A DNA stretch of 63,937 bases, the filler included, from Lama guanicoe (taxonomy: Eukaryota): NCBI GenBank assembly GCA_013239625.1. It is 152 parts of 152 records of this genome, joined end to end, with 100 filler letters (N's around TTAATTAATTAA, not from the genome) between each part and the next. Parts side by side here need not be neighbours in the genome. Positions count along the whole stretch, not along the records: positions 39,144 to 39,465 come from PNXV01056026.1; positions 39,566 to 39,887 come from PNXV01056027.1; positions 39,988 to 40,309 come from PNXV01056028.1; positions 40,410 to 40,731 come from PNXV01056029.1; positions 40,832 to 41,148 come from PNXV01056030.1; positions 41,249 to 41,570 come from PNXV01056031.1; positions 41,671 to 41,992 come from PNXV01056032.1; positions 42,093 to 42,414 come from PNXV01056033.1; 144 more parts are not named here. The stretch is one strand, 5' to 3'. The notes under the pieces are model-generated. The model did no database searches. It was not told the origin of the DNA and saw only the letters and a program-made list of their open reading frames with translations. The translations under genes were made by a program, and so were the position numbers. Shown in pieces: positions 39,144 to 50,853 of the stretch. Each line of letters opens with the position of its first letter. Positions within the stretch are counted from its first letter, which is position 1.

Positions 39144-39465
39144 CATCTAAAAATAAACCCAATAAAAAAGAAACAAACAACCAGAAACACAGTCATAGAT
39201 ACAGAGAGAAATCAGGAGTTGTTGGAGGAAAGGGTGGTGGGGGGATGAATGAGTTAAATGAGCTTAGATTAAGAGGCACAAACTTCCAGTTACAAAATAA
39301 GTGAGTCATGCAGATGAAATGGATTATAGTCATTTGGAATATAGTCAATATAATATCTTTGTATGGTGACAGGTCATTTTAATTAGACTTAACCTGGTGA
39401 TCATTTGGTAATGTTTAGGAATATTGAATCACTATGATTTAATTATACTTCAACAAACAAACAAA
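39144..39465 (+). mobile_element. LINE-1 3' UTR
   Basis: GATTAAGAGGCACAAACTTCCAGTTACAAAATAAG..GTATGGTGACAG..GAATCACTATG. Confidence 0.85.
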
Positions 39466-39654
39466 NNNNNNNNNNNNNNNNNNNNNNNNNNNNNNNNNNN
39501 NNNNNNNNNTTAATTAATTAANNNNNNNNNNNNNNNNNNNNNNNNNNNNNNNNNNNNNNNNNNNNCCAGGGGAAGGGGAGCATGTCTCAGTGGAAACTCT
39601 CGTACAGCGTGATAGAGATGAGAATGCGGTTCTGTGTCATCATCTTTGCGTGCT

Positions 39655-39860
39655 TCCCGCCACCCTCCCCCTCCCCACCCCGCCCCGCCTTCCACTGATA
39701 CGCTGGGCCACGTCACGCGTGCTTCGAGTTTTCTCCGATAGTTGGCCAACGCTCTTCCGACTCCCGTTGCCCATGGTTCTCCCGCTTTGGACTTGGCATC
39801 CTCGAGAACCAAAGCCGCCCTTTCCCTGAAGCCCCGCCGAGCCGGACTGAGCAGCTGGAC
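39655..39860. promoter_or_regulatory. CpG-rich promoter-like fragment
   Basis: GC boxes CCCCGCCCCGCC; CCACGTCA (=TGACGTGG, ATF/CREB3/XBP1-type, 39708-39715); partial RFX-like GTTGCCCATGG. Confidence 0.5.
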
Positions 39861-39987
39861 ATCTGCTGGAGAGAGATCACTGCCGTGNNNNNNNNNNNNN
39901 NNNNNNNNNNNNNNNNNNNNNNNNNNNNNNNTTAATTAATTAANNNNNNNNNNNNNNNNNNNNNNNNNNNNNNNNNNNNNNNNNNNN

Positions 39988-40085
39988 AGAGCACATGCTT
40001 GGCACGCACAAGGTCCTGGGTTCAATCCCCAGTACTTCCATCAAAAAACAAAATAAATAAACAAACCTAATTACATACCTCCTGA
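39988..40085 (+). mobile_element. Vic-1-like SINE (5'-truncated by contig start)
   Basis: AGAGCACATGCTTGGCACGCACAAGGTCCTGGGTTCAATCCCCAGTACTTCCA followed by an A-rich tail. Confidence 0.85.
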
Positions 40086-40409
40086 AAAAAAACCCCATAA
40101 AACCCCAAAAATAAACAGAGCCTTTAAAAAGGGAATTTCAAAGGGAAATCAACATCCTACAGGGAAACCCAAGCAGAGGTGAAAGGCACGCGGCCCCTAC
40201 CCCCTCGGCCGGCTTCCTGGCACCCCCGCCTGCTGGGGGGCCTGCCAGAGCCAGGCGGTGCTGCTGGGCACCCACCTTCTACAAAGAAGCACTCGGCACA
40301 ACCTTTGCTNNNNNNNNNNNNNNNNNNNNNNNNNNNNNNNNNNNNNNNNNNNNTTAATTAATTAANNNNNNNNNNNNNNNNNNNNNNNNNNNNNNNNNNN
40401 NNNNNNNNN

Positions 40410-40731
40410 CGACCGTTGGTGGAACCTCCCCATGCTCAGGATTTCGGAATCATTCTCTTGTGTGTTGGGGAGCTCGAGAGACCCGTCCACGCAGCTATCT
40501 TCAGTCACAGGTGCTCCCTGTTAGGTGAAAGTCTGATAAATAACTTCCCTGACCATGGGGAAGCACCTGCTGTCACTGGGCTTTCCAGCACAAGCCCCTA
40601 GCTTTCCCTAGCAGTCAGACTCAGGAAAATACTTGGGGGAGACGAGCTAAGGGATTCCGTTTGAACCCAAGCATTGCCGACCGTTGGTGGAAGTTCCCCA
40701 AGCTGAGGATTTCAGAACACTTTTGTGTGTG
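40410..40731. repeat. Putative satellite DNA, ~268 bp monomer (1.2 copies)
   Basis: CGACCGTTGGTGGAA..CCCCA.GCT.AGGATTTC at 40410 recurs at 40678. Confidence 0.7.
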
Positions 40732-40831
40732 NNNNNNNNNNNNNNNNNNNNNNNNNNNNNNNNNNNNNNNNNNNNTTAATTAATTAANNNNNNNNNNNNN
40801 NNNNNNNNNNNNNNNNNNNNNNNNNNNNNNN

Positions 40832-41148
40832 AGTGTGTGTGAAAGCCGTCCTTCACCTAGCTTGTTGGGAAAACACAGTTACATTTAAGTGGGAAACAAC
40901 ACTACATATATATATGTGGGGAGGAACAAGTTCCAACTGGGAATTACAGTGAAAAGTGCATGAACTTAAAACCGGCAAAGGAAACATACTGAGAATCCAG
41001 AATAAGTGTTTTAACTGCAACCCATTTCCCTTAAACTAGATGAACGAATGTCTCTACACATGTTCAATTCTGAGATTTAAGTGTGTGGGAAAACCGTCAA
41101 TCACCTAGCTTGTTGGGAACACACAGCTTCTTTTCAGTGGGAAACTAC
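40832..41148. repeat. Putative satellite DNA, ~248 bp monomer (1.3 copies)
   Basis: TCACCTAGCTTGTTGGGAA.ACACAG at 40853 recurs at 41101, with similar flanks on both sides. Confidence 0.75.
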
Positions 41149-42092
41149 NNNNNNNNNNNNNNNNNNNNNNNNNNNNNNNNNNNNNNNNNNNNTTAATTAA
41201 TTAANNNNNNNNNNNNNNNNNNNNNNNNNNNNNNNNNNNNNNNNNNNNAAAAAAAAAGAAAAGTGCTTAAAGAACACAAAGGCTTTCTGAATTCAACGCA
41301 ACTCGATTGTGACAAGGAGAAAAGTGAGTATATCCACCACTAGAAAATTAAATTGTTAGTAGAGGATATTATAAAAATGTCTTTTTTAAAGTAATGTTTA
41401 ACTCTGATTTCTAGGACTGAAAACAACTTACCCACAGTGGAATGGACAAATAAATTGTGACATACTCACACAGCGAAATTCTACACAGCAGTGGAAAAGA
41501 GTGAAAAACCGACATATGCAAAACTATGCATAAATCTTTGATCTGTTATTGAATGAAAGAGCCAGATGCANNNNNNNNNNNNNNNNNNNNNNNNNNNNNN
41601 NNNNNNNNNNNNNNTTAATTAATTAANNNNNNNNNNNNNNNNNNNNNNNNNNNNNNNNNNNNNNNNNNNNCTGCCCTGGACTAACATTTTAAAGGAGAGT
41701 TCATTTACTAACATCATTTTAACATCAATGCAAAATTATACTATCTAGTCAGCTTTCACTTGCTACTCACATCATGAAACTGGCTCAGTAAAAATTATGC
41801 CTTAGAAGCAAATTAATGACCTAATTTATTCTCCATAACTCTATGTTTTGACTTACGAGTGTAATTGACTTGCCCATGACGTTCTATTTTCTGGCTCTTC
41901 GAGGTACAGTTGTCTGTATTTTTCCAGTTCTTTTTTCTCAGAATCTAACTGAACAGTTTTACTTTTCAGTTCAGATTCCAGATATTTAATTTNNNNNNNN
42001 NNNNNNNNNNNNNNNNNNNNNNNNNNNNNNNNNNNNTTAATTAATTAANNNNNNNNNNNNNNNNNNNNNNNNNNNNNNNNNNNNNNNNNNNN

Positions 42093-42414
42093 TGCAAAAG
42101 TAATTATAACACTGTCCATGGGGGCCAGAAACACAACAGGAGTAGGATTAAATATTAACACTGTTTTTTCCGTAGTAATCCAGTTGTTTTCCTCAGAAAG
42201 GTTTCAACCTGCCTTATAGAAATTATTCAGCTTCGCATAGGAAGTTAACTGGGGCACTCCTGCCATGTTAAATAATGTGCACACCCCCAATACAATCTCT
42301 ATCCCACAAGAATACTACATTTTATGTGGACCAAGCTCTTTCCTTGTTTACCACATATAAACCTGACTTGTACATATGGGATAACTGTCAGAGACTTTAT
42401 ATATTCAAGATCAA
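42093..42414 (+). repeat. Copy A of a duplicated 322-bp contig; possible degenerate ERV env
   Basis: Matches 43781-44102 with 8 substitutions; frameshifted EYYILCG / FPCLPHINLTCTYG. Confidence 0.9.
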
Positions 42415-42936
42415 NNNNNNNNNNNNNNNNNNNNNNNNNNNNNNNNNNNNNNNNNNNNTTAATTAATTAANNNNNNNNNNNNNNNNNNNNNNNNNNNNNN
42501 NNNNNNNNNNNNNNTCAGTTACTTCCTTAGGGTAATAACTCCTCTTTCCACCTACTTTTCCTTTGACACAAGAAGCCAGAAGTATCCAGACAGAAACTGG
42601 TAGCTTATGGTTCTGTGGGGCCCGTGCAGTATCCAATGGTGAAAATGCTTCCTCTCTTAAGGAACCATGGAGCCCAGATTTGTGGAAACAGGAAACAAAT
42701 CCTTAAAGAGGGTCACATGGAGTGATGGTAAACAGAGACACTTCTGTATCAACTCCTGATTCTCAGATCTGTATTAAGAGGACAACACATCAAATAAATA
42801 TCATTGATTAAGGGTATACACAGTATCATAGAGGATNNNNNNNNNNNNNNNNNNNNNNNNNNNNNNNNNNNNNNNNNNNNTTAATTAATTAANNNNNNNN
42901 NNNNNNNNNNNNNNNNNNNNNNNNNNNNNNNNNNNN

Positions 42937-43258
42937 ATCAGTCAATGTAATACATCACATTAACAAATAGAATAAAAAACATATGTTATCTCAGTATACA
43001 TGGAAAAATCTTTTTACAGAATTCAACATCTGTTTATGATAAAAACTTCCCAGAAAGTGGGCATAGAGAGAACATACCTCACCATAATGAAAGCCATTTA
43101 TGGGTAAGCCACAGCTAACATCATTCTCAATGGTAAAAAGCTGAAAGCATGTCCTATGAGATCAGGAGCAAGACAAGGATGCCCACTCTCGCCACTTTTA
43201 TTCCTCGTAGTATCAGAAGTCCTAGTCATAGCAATCAGAGAAGAAAAAGAAATAAAAG
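42937..43258 (+). mobile_element. LINE-1 ORF2 RT fragment, disrupted
   Basis: [15 protein letters not shown] motif; in-frame stops present. Confidence 0.92.
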
Positions 43259-43780
43259 NNNNNNNNNNNNNNNNNNNNNNNNNNNNNNNNNNNNNNNNNN
43301 NNTTAATTAATTAANNNNNNNNNNNNNNNNNNNNNNNNNNNNNNNNNNNNNNNNNNNNCTCAACTAGTAGGCTGCGCATTTATTTCAGCAGACATAGAGA
43401 ACCCCAACTTACTGCAGTGCCGACTGGTGCCTGCTGAGGCCGTGCGGCCCCCAAACTACCAGCCCTTGGGCATCTGCCTGCTCCTCTTCAGGAGGTAAAC
43501 TCCTGATGGGTGTCTGCCTTAGCACAATTAACAGCCCTGGGAAATAGCTAGTCTCACCGCAGCTCCGGCTGACTTGTCACAGCCCACATCTCCCCCTTAC
43601 CTGAGTCATGAATTTCACTGCCTTGCTTGTGTCAGCTCACGTCTCCATCTTAGTGGAGTCATAAATCCACTATCCTCCCANNNNNNNNNNNNNNNNNNNN
43701 NNNNNNNNNNNNNNNNNNNNNNNNTTAATTAATTAANNNNNNNNNNNNNNNNNNNNNNNNNNNNNNNNNNNNNNNNNNNN

Positions 43781-44102
43781 TGCAAAAGTAATTATAACAC
43801 TGTCCATGGGGGCCAGAAACACAACAGGAATAGGATTAAATATTAACACTGTTTGTTCCATAGTAATCCAGTTGTTTTCCTCAGAAAGGTTCCAACCTGC
43901 CTTATAGAAATTATTCAGCTTCGCACAGGAAGTTAACTGGGGCACTCCTGCCATGTTAAATAATGTGTACACCCCCAATACAATCTCTATCCCACAAGAA
44001 TACTATATTTTATGTGGACCAAGCTCTTTCCTTGTTTACCACATATAAACCTAACTTGTACATATGGGATAACTGTCAGAGACTTTATATATTCAAGATC
44101 AA
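43781..44102 (+). repeat. Copy B of the duplicated 322-bp contig
   Basis: Same start, end and length as 42093-42414. Confidence 0.9.
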
Positions 44103-44204
44103 NNNNNNNNNNNNNNNNNNNNNNNNNNNNNNNNNNNNNNNNNNNNTTAATTAATTAANNNNNNNNNNNNNNNNNNNNNNNNNNNNNNNNNNNNNNNNNN
44201 NNTG

Positions 44205-44522
44205 GAAGTCCTAGCCACGGCAACCAGGCAAGGGAGAGAAATAAAAGGTATCCAAATTGGAAAAGGAGAGGTAAAGGTGTCACTATATGCTGATGACATG
44301 TTACTATATATCGAAAACCCTAAAAGTTCCATACAAAAACTACTAGAGCTGGTTAAAGAATCCAGCAAAGTAGCAGGTCACAAGATTAATGTTCAAAAAT
44401 CAGTTGCATTTTTTTACAGTAACGATGAATCAACAGAAAAAGAAAGTAAAGAAACAACCCTCTTTAAAATAGCATCCAAAGTAATAAAATATCTAGGAAT
44501 AAATCTAACCAAGGAGGTGAAA
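44205..44522 (+). mobile_element. LINE-1 ORF2 RT catalytic segment, open across the contig
   Basis: [63 protein letters not shown]. Confidence 0.95.
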
Positions 44523-44627
44523 GANNNNNNNNNNNNNNNNNNNNNNNNNNNNNNNNNNNNNNNNNNNNTTAATTAATTAANNNNNNNNNNNNNNNNNNNN
44601 NNNNNNNNNNNNNNNNNNNNNNNNCAC

Positions 44628-44935
44628 TTGAAGGTGAGGACGCACAGCGGCCGGTAGGACTTGTGGCTGGTGTTCTCGGCCATGCCCTTGCCCCAGAAGT
44701 CGTTGGAGAAGATGCCCCAGCGCAGCGGGGCGCCGGGCCGCACGTCGGGGTTGTTCACGATCGCCCACACGTCGTCGTGCACGAACTCGCCCCGCAGGGA
44801 GCGGCCGTAGCACAGGCAGCTCGCCCCGGCCAGCAGCGCCGCGGCCCCGGCCGGCGCGAGTCCGCAGCCCCGCCGCCGGGAGGGCGCGCGGTCCCCGCCG
44901 CCGCCGCCGCCTCGGGCGCAGCCTGTCACCACCAT
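44628..44935 (-). CDS. TMTC1: TMTC1 first coding exon (protein O-mannosyltransferase)
   Basis: MVVTGCARGGGGGGDRAPSRRRGCGLAPAG..GEFVHDDVWAIVNNPDV..NDFWGKGMAENTSHKSYRPLCVLTFK; ATG in Kozak context (ACGATGG); probable donor AA|GTG at 44628/44627. Confidence 0.95.
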
Positions 44936-45468
44936 CGTGCCGCCGCNNNNNNNNNNNNNNNNNNNNNNNNNNNNNNNNNNNNNNNNNNNNTTAATTAATT
45001 AANNNNNNNNNNNNNNNNNNNNNNNNNNNNNNNNNNNNNNNNNNNNAAAAAAAAAATCACAAGGCTGTAGCCAGTACAAGTCTTACTAATGTAAAAGGCC
45101 GCCCCCTGATGTGGCCGAGTGTCCCCTCAGCAGTGCCCATGGCCACGTGTACCATCCTCAACACTGGCAGGGAAGACAAGCCCTTGCCCCAACCTAGTTT
45201 TTATTTTCATAAACATCAACCCTACAAAAAACCTGAAGATGAACACCCAGACACTGATGGCAGCCACTGGCCACGTGTGCTTTATTTCTGTCTGTACACA
45301 GACTTTTCTGTTCGCTGTCGAATCATTTGAAAGTAAAATGCATTTCACCTTTACTTCAGCATGTATTTNNNNNNNNNNNNNNNNNNNNNNNNNNNNNNNN
45401 NNNNNNNNNNNNTTAATTAATTAANNNNNNNNNNNNNNNNNNNNNNNNNNNNNNNNNNNNNNNNNNNN

Positions 45469-45790
45469 ATTTTATTTACTTTTTCAAAAAACAGCTTTTG
45501 GTTTGATTGATTTTTTTATTTTTTTCAAATCTCTATTTTATTAATTTCCTCCCTGATCTTTATTATTTCCTTCTTTCTGCTGCCTTTTGGGGCTTTTTGC
45601 TCTTCTTTTTCAAATTCTTTTAGCTTGTGGGTTAGATTGTTTATTTTGAATTGTTCTTCTTTTCTGAGGCAGGCCTGTATCGCTGTAAACTTCCCTCCTA
45701 GCACTACCTTTGCTGCATCCCATAAATTTTGTGTGCTCATCTTTTCATTTTCATTTGTCTCCAGGTATTTTTTAATTTCAGCTTTGATTT
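45469..45790 (-). mobile_element. LINE-1 ORF2 fragment (post-endonuclease region)
   Basis: QNLWDAAKVVLGGKF..KEIIKIREEINKIE. Confidence 0.92.
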
Positions 45791-47623
45791 NNNNNNNNNN
45801 NNNNNNNNNNNNNNNNNNNNNNNNNNNNNNNNNNTTAATTAATTAANNNNNNNNNNNNNNNNNNNNNNNNNNNNNNNNNNNNNNNNNNNNCTATTTGCCA
45901 GAAAGACACCGTGTTCCTATGTGAGAGAAGAACCCACTGAGGGAGGGCCCTGCAGGCAGGCACTTGATAGAGAGTGAAGTTTTCTTTGCGGAAGACTTCA
46001 TCCCACATGTTCTTGCAGGAAAGGGAGACAGTAAGCGCCATCACCGGAGCCAAAAAATAAGTTTCAGATTCCTTTAGGAGTGACGGGTGAGGGACTAAGG
46101 AACTCACAGCGACGGCGAAAACCAACGGAGGGTCTGACCTGACAGTGAGTAAGGTGCTGAAGGCGCCCAGAAGTCCCAGCTGTGAGCGCACCCTGCGTAG
46201 GACTGGGAGCTGNNNNNNNNNNNNNNNNNNNNNNNNNNNNNNNNNNNNNNNNNNNNTTAATTAATTAANNNNNNNNNNNNNNNNNNNNNNNNNNNNNNNN
46301 NNNNNNNNNNNNAAGACTTATTTCAATCTCTTTAAAAGGGAACTGGTTGTGTAAACAAACATAGTAATATTGTAGAATGGAATTCCTAACAAGAAAAAGT
46401 GAAATGTATAGCAAGAAGTTCACAAATGCCAAAAAGGAAGTAACAAACACATGTCACGTGACATGCCTTCAGATACTGTAGGTGATGTGTGCAGTATAAT
46501 AAACCCCATTAAGAAGATGGTTGTAAATTAAAGATATCCCTCCCAGGCACCAAGGCAACCACTAAAACGACAAAACAATTATAACCAATAAGCCAACAAA
46601 GGAAGCAAAAATGGAGTCATAGAACACAGTGGACNNNNNNNNNNNNNNNNNNNNNNNNNNNNNNNNNNNNNNNNNNNNTTAATTAATTAANNNNNNNNNN
46701 NNNNNNNNNNNNNNNNNNNNNNNNNNNNNNNNNNTTTTACTTATGGTTTCCTTTGCTGTGCAGAAGCTTGTAAGTTTCATGAGTTCCCATTTGTTTATTC
46801 TTGCTTCTATTTCTGCTATGTTCTTTAAAACCTTGGATGAGTCACAGCAGCATCAGGTATTGAAGTTCCTGGGATTGAGAAGCATTATTTAAAAATCCTA
46901 CTTTATTTGGCTATTAAAATATACTTTCTTTCATCTATAAGTATTTCCTAATTGTGGGTTGAGTTAGTCTTACTTGCTAAATATTTAGAGCTTAATGCCA
47001 GATTTTTTTCTTAATAAATTATATAAGGTTATTTTCTCATGACCTTTCTTCCCTTNNNNNNNNNNNNNNNNNNNNNNNNNNNNNNNNNNNNNNNNNNNNT
47101 TAATTAATTAANNNNNNNNNNNNNNNNNNNNNNNNNNNNNNNNNNNNNNNNNNNNTGAGAGAAAGAATTGAGATAATTCATCCTATCGATTATCACTGGA
47201 AACACCTTCCTTCCAGTTTTTAAATATTTGGACTTTCATTTATAACAGACTTCCGTTTAATCCATATATTCTGTGAAGACCTAACATACAGGGTGTTTTC
47301 AAAGTTGGAGCAATGCCTCCTTTGTTCTTATGTTTCATGGTGGCAGAATACATGTTTAGGATGAAAGCATGGTGGCTAGTGATGGTGCAACCCTGCATGT
47401 GTTCATGGAGTCCCTGTATTTTGAAGGCATTCTTTTTGTGTATACTTGCCAGCAAGTATACACCGAGAGAGAACAGGNNNNNNNNNNNNNNNNNNNNNNN
47501 NNNNNNNNNNNNNNNNNNNNNTTAATTAATTAANNNNNNNNNNNNNNNNNNNNNNNNNNNNNNNNNNNNNNNNNNNNAAAGTTCCCAGAAAGATTTCCAA
47601 CAAAGAATGACCACGGCATTTAC

Positions 47624-47694
47624 CTGGGCCTCCACGGCCGCCGCAGGTGGGCAGGTGCTATCGTTTCTCACCGGAGCTGCACCAGGTCCAGAAC
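47624..47694 (-). other. Candidate 71-nt internal exon of an unidentified gene
   Basis: Pyrimidine-rich tract ..GGTTTCTGTCAG|GTTCTGG...GCCCAG|GTAAAT; only one frame is open (SGPGAAPVRNDSTCPPAAAVEAQ). Confidence 0.35.
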
Positions 47695-50579
47695 CTGACA
47701 GAAACCACAGAGAGGACAGAGGATGACGTTCTGCTGCGTAGCCTTTGCTCAAGCAGAACAAAACTTCCAAGCCCTGGTTCAGCGCGTTACACTCTTTCCC
47801 ACGCCAGACGACAGGGAGGCTGGGCTCCGGGCCCTTGAGGAAGAGACCACGGGCCCCCGGTACAGGTGTTTCCGCCATGAATCATCGACTGCGGGAGGTN
47901 NNNNNNNNNNNNNNNNNNNNNNNNNNNNNNNNNNNNNNNNNNNTTAATTAATTAANNNNNNNNNNNNNNNNNNNNNNNNNNNNNNNNNNNNNNNNNNNNT
48001 CAGGGGCTGGCGTGGCTTTAAGTTCAGTGTCACCAGAGGGCTGGGGACACCCCCTCAGACACCTTCCAAGATCTGCCTTCCTAAATCATTCACCTGGTCT
48101 CTGCTTAAACAGCTCACAGCCCTCTGCGTGTGATCCTCCACAGGGTAACCACCTCCTTATGCCCACTTCCTGCTTTGCACCGTTAATGCGTCTATCACTA
48201 ATCCTCCTAAAGGCACCCTCTCCAAGTGTCCAAGAGGTGACCTTCATTCCAGTGGGGACGCCAGGCAGAGATCAAGTCCACCCAGGTCATGCCCTTACCA
48301 TTAGGCAAGCTCAGACCGTATNNNNNNNNNNNNNNNNNNNNNNNNNNNNNNNNNNNNNNNNNNNNTTAATTAATTAANNNNNNNNNNNNNNNNNNNNNNN
48401 NNNNNNNNNNNNNNNNNNNNNACAGTGACTCAGAAGTGACTGGACAACCCGTGATGAATTAAAAACCAGAGACAATCATGGCTTGCATTTGGAAGCCAAC
48501 CCGGGCAAATGCGTGGATCTTCTTGTGCCTTAATGACTGAGGTAAGTGGACCATTCTTGGTTTCACTTCAACTGGCCCAAGGAAACTGAGCTGGCAGGAC
48601 TGGCTCCTCTCTCCTGGGAGTGTGTAAGCAAATTGAGAAGGGACTGTCCGCCTGGGCCTCAGCTCTGCTCTGTGAGTGGGTCCTCGGGTGCCCGGCTCTG
48701 ATGGTAACCCATCACTACGTGCCACTTGGTTTACCAGCACTGGNNNNNNNNNNNNNNNNNNNNNNNNNNNNNNNNNNNNNNNNNNNNTTAATTAATTAAN
48801 NNNNNNNNNNNNNNNNNNNNNNNNNNNNNNNNNNNNNNNNNNNTTAAATTCTGGATATTGTCTGCAACTGGACTCTGGTTCGTAAAGAAAAACAAAGCAC
48901 ACTGAAGTGCTTGCTGATCTACAGGCTTACTGTATAGCTTGCTTTGGTAATCTGTATTTGTCACTGACTGCAAGGAATAGCAATGTCAAATTTTCCTTGA
49001 ATAACTTCTGTACTTGTAGACAGAAAATCATTATCATCTGTGACCACTTACTCCCCAAATTTTCAATGCCACCTAGTATCTCCTGTGGCATGATTGTGTG
49101 GTTATTTCTGAGGCCCACTTACAAAGGGCTATAACTAACACCCACTGTTTTGTGAATTTTTTTTTNNNNNNNNNNNNNNNNNNNNNNNNNNNNNNNNNNN
49201 NNNNNNNNNTTAATTAATTAANNNNNNNNNNNNNNNNNNNNNNNNNNNNNNNNNNNNNNNNNNNNCACACAGCCCCTTGGCTGCGAAGCTGGACGCCATC
49301 CCAGCCTGACCCTTCTCACCCTGCATCAGACACCTTGCTCTCCAGCGCTTCACGTTTACAGCTCTGCTTCAGATCTGACCTCTGCTCTCCCTTGACATCC
49401 TTCTGTATTTCTTCCACCCCAAGAGATGTGTTTCCCAAGGTGCTGCCTCACCTCCTTGGGTAAACCCAGTAATTTCCACATTAGATACAATCACCCTCAG
49501 GCAGAATCCTTCCAGACCTGTTGTCTCTAGCTGTCCCTTATTCACTGACGTCCATCTTCCCTTTTGACATTACTCACTGAAGCAGCCNNNNNNNNNNNNN
49601 NNNNNNNNNNNNNNNNNNNNNNNNNNNNNNNTTAATTAATTAANNNNNNNNNNNNNNNNNNNNNNNNNNNNNNNNNNNNNNNNNNNNCAATTATTTAAGA
49701 GAAGTTTTGGCTTCCCCCCAGTTGAAAGGACTAACTTAGTTCCCCTGACCCAATCACTGGGGCTAAGGGAACACCATCTGTCAGCTTGTCTTAGTTTTAA
49801 ACCGTTGCCAACCCTGGGACAATCACAGCGACAGAACACAAAGAACAGCAGCAGCAACATGACTGTGATTAGCTCAGGCCAATCAGGGCCTTCCCTTGGT
49901 GCCTGGAATAGAGTCAAAATCAGTAGCTGTCTGAAGCAGAGTGGGACTTGCTTCTCCAATGTTAAGTCTAAGCATTTTGTAGAGAAAAGAAATGGGATAC
50001 AGTATAGGGNNNNNNNNNNNNNNNNNNNNNNNNNNNNNNNNNNNNNNNNNNNNTTAATTAATTAANNNNNNNNNNNNNNNNNNNNNNNNNNNNNNNNNNN
50101 NNNNNNNNNACTTCACTAGGCAACGTGTTATAGTATTTCTTGTGTAGGACTTTTCTGTATGTAAGACACAGGAAATAAGAATTCTTCACACTTAAGGAGA
50201 AACCACTGGGTGACATTAAATTGAAACTCCAACTCAATCGCAGACAGATTGAGAGTTCTGTGCAAAACAGACCCGCCATGCACAAAAAGGTGAAGATTTG
50301 ACTGCAGAAAACCTTATAGCACAGGAGGCATATTTTATTATTTTACAAACAGGGGTATTCCTGAATCTATCTACTTTTATATATAACTTGGGTCTCCAAA
50401 AAATAGAGCAGAATACCAAAAAAAAAAAAAANNNNNNNNNNNNNNNNNNNNNNNNNNNNNNNNNNNNNNNNNNNNTTAATTAATTAANNNNNNNNNNNNN
50501 NNNNNNNNNNNNNNNNNNNNNNNNNNNNNNNGTCACCTCCGTCCTGCCAGCGCTCAAGGTGTCCCCCACTTCAAGGGCA

Positions 50580-50853
50580 GTCACGGACCGACGCCTTCTC
50601 TCTGGGTCCCTCGCGGCGGCCACCACCCACTCAGGTGCGCCCCTGCTCCTGGGACAGCCAGTCCCCGCCGACTGGCCGCGTAGGCGCTGCTACCACAGAC
50701 GCGATGACTGAGGCGGCCCCACCGCACCGGCTACGACCCAGGCGGGCGAGCGGGCCGATCAGGCGTCCAGGCCTTCCTCCGCGATGGCGGAGTCCATCCT
50801 CCGGCCGCCCCGGGCTCGCCCCGGCTCGCCGCCGCCGCCGCCGCCGCAGGTCG
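50580..50853. promoter_or_regulatory. CpG-island fragment with short (CGC)n run
   Basis: High CpG density; CGCCGCCGCCGC.. near the contig end; no recognisable CDS. Confidence 0.6.

Noticed and set aside
44663..44998. Plus-strand 111-aa ORF
   Set aside because: Antisense shadow of the GC-rich TMTC1 exon.
47240..47477. Minus-strand ORF and a TACAGGGTG mariner-like terminus
   Set aside because: No second inverted repeat and no convincing protein motif.
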